From Defluviitaleaceae bacterium (GTDB lineage Bacteria > Bacillota > Clostridia > Lachnospirales > WQUN01): a stretch of 57,371 bases of DNA. A program made the position numbers and the translations under genes. The notes under the pieces were generated by a model. That model did not search any database, had not been told where the DNA came from, and worked only from the letters and a program-made list of their open reading frames with translations. This document shows, in pieces, positions 54,425 to 57,371 of the stretch. Numbering within the stretch: the first letter of the stretch is position 1; each line of letters starts with the position of its first letter. The stretch covers positions 1-57,371 of the forward strand of contig WQSB01000002.1 in NCBI GenBank assembly GCA_009788085.1, read 5' to 3'.

Positions 54425-55576
54425 ATGCGGACTTTCATGAAATTTTTATGCATATCATTATTGATGTGCATTCTTTTTGCCTATGGGTTGACCCTTCAAG
54501 CGGCGGAGGATACCCGTGACCTGCACCATATTCCGTTTCATTTTTTCGTATACGAAAAGCCGTGCCTTATGTCGCCGGTTGTTGCGGCGTTTAATCCGCA
54601 GTATGTTGTGGTGCTGGAGCGGGCATACGACGGATGGGGGCTGATTTCCACATCGGACGGGCCGGGATGGGCGTTTCTGCCGGGAGACAGATTTTTTGTG
54701 CCCCGAAGATTGGGGCTGCACAGCTATGTGGGCGAGGAGGCGTACACGACGTTGATTTCGCCGCAGATTGTAACGGTTTTAGATTCGCAGGAATCATGGC
54801 GGTTAATCGGAACATGGCTTGGGCCAAAATGGATAAATTTGAATTTCAGGCCGTCAACCGCCGGCTTGGATGCTTATTTGCGCCGGTTTGGCAATAATAT
54901 CGCGGTGTTTTATATGGATATCGAAACGGGCTTCACATATATGTACAATCCCGACGTCGTGTTTTTTTCGGCATCGGTGAATAAAATTCAGCACGCACTG
55001 TATCTATTTACCTTGGCGGAGCGCGGTTTGCTGGATTTGAACCGCATTCACACCTACAGGGCTTCTGATTATTGGGGCGGCACGGGCCGGATACGTACAC
55101 GGTACGCCTTTGGACGTCAGTTTACGACACGGGAGCTTCTGTATTATTCCATCCGCTACAGTGATAATATTGCGTTCCGGATGCTTGTAAGAAATTACGG
55201 CCTCGACGGATATTTGGAATTTGTGCGGGAAATCGGAGCGAATGAATACCTTGTGCGCAACATTACCGGCGCGAACGTAACCGCGCGCGACGCGGGCTTG
55301 TGGATGCGGGCTGTTCATGAACACCTAGTATCGGGTGTTGCATACTCAGATATTTTTCAGGCAGACCTGATGAATACAAATCTCACGCTCATTCACGCGG
55401 ATTACCTCATCGCCAATAAGTATGGCTGGGCGACACACTCCTTCCATGACATGGCCATTGTTTATGCGGATTCGCCCTATATTCTTGTAATTTTGTCAAA
55501 CATGGACCACGGAGCGTTTGGCACCTTCGCAAGCATCTCGCGGCGGATTGAGGCTTTCCACCGGACTTATTTTTAG
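54425..55576 (+). CDS. Secreted class-A beta-lactamase-like serine hydrolase with N-terminal SH3-like region
   Basis: It has a signal peptide, SxxK (SASVNK), SDN (YSDN) and a KTG-like NKYGW. Confidence 0.7.
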   Translation: MRTFMKFLCISLLMCILFAYGLTLQAAEDTRDLHHIPFHFFVYEKPCLMSPVVAAFNPQYVVVLERAYDGWGLISTSDGPGWAFLPGDRFFVPRRLGLHSYVGEEAYTTLISPQIVTVLDSQESWRLIGTWLGPKWINLNFRPSTAGLDAYLRRFGNNIAVFYMDIETGFTYMYNPDVVFFSASVNKIQHALYLFTLAERGLLDLNRIHTYRASDYWGGTGRIRTRYAFGRQFTTRELLYYSIRYSDNIAFRMLVRNYGLDGYLEFVREIGANEYLVRNITGANVTARDAGLWMRAVHEHLVSGVAYSDIFQADLMNTNLTLIHADYLIANKYGWATHSFHDMAIVYADSPYILVILSNMDHGAFGTFASISRRIEAFHRTYF

Positions 55577-55596
55577 CCACCCATGTAAATGTTTCG

Positions 55597-55624
55597 TTGA
55601 CAATGTAAATTAATTTGCTATAAT
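55597..55624 (+). promoter_or_regulatory. Consensus promoter upstream of the NCS2 permease
   Basis: The sequence is TTGACA, a 16-nt spacer ending in TGC, then TATAAT. It leaves a leader of about 90 nt. Confidence 0.6.
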
Positions 55625-55721
55625 GGTGCATCTTTTTGGTATATGGAATTAAATTCTGTATATTAAACCCCATATATTGAAAAACTAAGCACTCTAATTT
55701 AGTTTTAGGAGGGTTGTTTTT

Positions 55722-57227
55722 ATGTCGAAAATGTTACTAAAGTTTCTTCCCTTCACCCAAGCGCGCAAGGAACAAAATGAAAAAAGGGTGTGGGATGAAT
55801 CACCAAAAGTGGAAAAGCCAATTTTGAGAGTGGATGAAAAGCCCAAGCATTGGTATGAAACACTTTTGTACGCATGGCAAATGTCGTTGGTAAACATATC
55901 TCCTTTTATACTGCCGTTGGTGGTTGTCGCGGCCGTTGGACTGCCTGCGGAAGCAGGTGCCATTTGGGTCAACCGGGCCCTGTTTACTATGGCAATAGCA
56001 ATATTTATACACACAACTATCGGCACACGTTTTCCTCTTGTGCAAGGCCCGTCCTCCATTATGGTTGCCTCCGCTTCGTCGGTTGGTGCTGCGTCGGGCG
56101 CGGCCGCCATGTGGGGCGCAATGTTTGCGGGTGCCATTTCTCAAACTGCAATCGGTCTTTTGGGATTGCCGGGACTTTTGCGCAAATTATTCCCCGTTGC
56201 GGTATCCGGCGTCATTATCACAGCTATAGGTTTTGCCCTTGGTAGGCTGGCCGTTACGTGGATGATAGGCGACGGAAGTACCACCAACTGGATATTGGCC
56301 GGTCTTGTTATTGCCTTGATTTTCTTCTTCCAAACCGTAGGCAGAAGAATTCACCCACTGCTGGCGCGTGGCTCCATTGCCGCAGCCGTTTTTCTTGTAG
56401 GTATTGTGCTGGCAAGCATAATGGGCGTAATGAACTGGAATCTCGTAGCTGAAGCCCCTTGGTTTGCTGTTCCCAGGCTTTTCCCGGAAGGCGGGCCCGG
56501 CTTTGGATGGACATTCGTTGGGGTTGCTTTCGTTGGCATAATGATAGGCTTGGTCGGCTCTATGGCGGAGTCCCTTGGCGACTATTCGGTTATTGCCGCA
56601 ATTTGCGACGAAGAATATAAGGTAAAGCACATGAACCGTGGCGTTGCATCCGAAGGTTTGGAGTGCTTAGTGGCTGTCATGTTTGGTGGTCTCCCCATGA
56701 CCAGCTATTCTCAAGGCGTGGGTATTGTTGCTCAAACAAGAATCGCATCCCGCTTTGTAGTACAGATGTGTGCCGTGATTATGGGCTTATATGGTCTAAG
56801 CCCCAAAGTAGGAGCTTTTATGGTTGCCATGCCACGCAGCGTTATTGGTGCAGTATTCTTGATAGTTAGTGCTTCTATTCTGATGGCTGGTTTCCGTCTG
56901 CTGTCCAATATCAAACCTACCACGGCAAATATTTCTGTAGTTGGATTCAGCCTTTTGGCGGCGGTCCTGATTCCGCCCCAAGTGAACAGCCCCGCTTTGG
57001 CAGAGTTCCGGGAAAGTTTGCCCGCGCTGGTTCGCTTGGTTCTGACAGATACCGCTTTGCTTGCGGTTGTCAGCAGTATTATCATATATCAGATTATCAA
57101 CACCATATTCCGTGGAATAAATGAAGAAAAAGAGTATGACGAAAACGAAAGAGCCAGAAAAGAACGTATTGCTTTACAAGAGGCAGAAGCGGCGGGATTA
57201 GCCGTAGCTGAAGTGCCCGTTGAGTAA
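55722..57227 (+). CDS. NCS2-family nucleobase (xanthine/uracil-type) permease
   Basis: It is polytopic with LVQGPSS and GGLPMTSYSQGVGIVAQTRIASR motifs. SD AGGAGGG is present. Confidence 0.75.
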   Translation: MSKMLLKFLPFTQARKEQNEKRVWDESPKVEKPILRVDEKPKHWYETLLYAWQMSLVNISPFILPLVVVAAVGLPAEAGAIWVNRALFTMAIAIFIHTTIGTRFPLVQGPSSIMVASASSVGAASGAAAMWGAMFAGAISQTAIGLLGLPGLLRKLFPVAVSGVIITAIGFALGRLAVTWMIGDGSTTNWILAGLVIALIFFFQTVGRRIHPLLARGSIAAAVFLVGIVLASIMGVMNWNLVAEAPWFAVPRLFPEGGPGFGWTFVGVAFVGIMIGLVGSMAESLGDYSVIAAICDEEYKVKHMNRGVASEGLECLVAVMFGGLPMTSYSQGVGIVAQTRIASRFVVQMCAVIMGLYGLSPKVGAFMVAMPRSVIGAVFLIVSASILMAGFRLLSNIKPTTANISVVGFSLLAAVLIPPQVNSPALAEFRESLPALVRLVLTDTALLAVVSSIIIYQIINTIFRGINEEKEYDENERARKERIALQEAEAAGLAVAEVPVE

Positions 57228-57289
57228 GTAAACCCAACTGAAGAATAATCAAAAAAACCTTTGCCCAAATCATCAACCATTATATAGCC

Positions 57290-57357
57290 AAAAAAAGGGG
57301 CCGTCTCGCGAACGGCACCGGAGTGTACCGGTGCCGTTCGCGAGACGGCCCCTTTTT
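57290..57357. terminator. Perfect 25-bp-stem palindromic terminator (family founder copy)
   Basis: An A-run is followed by GGGGCCGTCTCGCGAACGGCACCGG-AGTGTA-CCGGTGCCGTTCGCGAGACGGCCCC and then TTTTT. Confidence 0.85.
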
Positions 57358-57371
57358 CAGGGCTTCCGTCG

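Noticed and set aside
55625-55721. Purine or preQ1 riboswitch in the leader of the NCS2 permease
   Set aside because: The conserved purine-riboswitch core (…GGAUAUGG…GUUUCUACC…CCGUAAA…) is absent. A GAAAAACUAAG stretch after a weak AU hairpin resembles a preQ1-I tail, but it lies 35 nt from the SD in AT-rich sequence and is probably chance. An Rfam scan would settle it.

Overview
This window looks like a chromosomal segment from an endospore-forming Firmicute, probably a Clostridia-type anaerobe. That placement is an inference from gene content. The housekeeping backbone is well supported: nnr, a complete F1Fo ATP synthase operon (atpZ-atpI-atpBEFHAGDC, minus strand), the spoIIAA-spoIIAB-sigF sporulation operon, DUF1385-prmC-prfA, hflX, rpsT, ltaE, trmL, a small alarmone synthetase, a two-component pair, an MCP and several transporters. 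Several AT-richer accessory patches interrupt this backbone. (1) At the 5' edge sits a translationally coupled cassette of a P-loop GTPase, a GAP1-like protein and a membrane/SH3 protein; it is cut by the window edge. (2) At 4.8-10.7 kb lies an island of eight tightly packed minus-strand genes plus a short leader ORF. It encodes small helical and Cys-rich proteins, two Sel1-repeat proteins and an M48 protease. The island sits behind what reads as a cwpV/fim-like invertible terminator switch: a consensus promoter, 28-bp inverted repeats, an orientation-dependent terminator and an adjacent 188-aa tyrosine recombinase. I consider this the best candidate for an undescribed system. (3) At 36.9-41.3 kb lies a locus with a tandem double HTH+helical-repeat (RNPP-like) regulator and two unannotated small-peptide genes. 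These peptide genes are driven from a mirror-symmetric divergent promoter around a perfect 14-bp inverted repeat. The locus also holds an S41 lipoprotein peptidase and the decayed 5' stub of a radical-SAM/SPASM maturase, and looks like a degenerating quorum-sensing/RiPP locus. There are also several short repeat families: a 222-nt palindrome, a 67-bp repeat present twice and a family of long palindromic terminators. I recognised no rRNA, tRNA or CRISPR array. All calls come from reading the translations and sequence by eye. No HMM or BLAST search was possible, so family names are recognition-based and start codons are best guesses from SD spacing.
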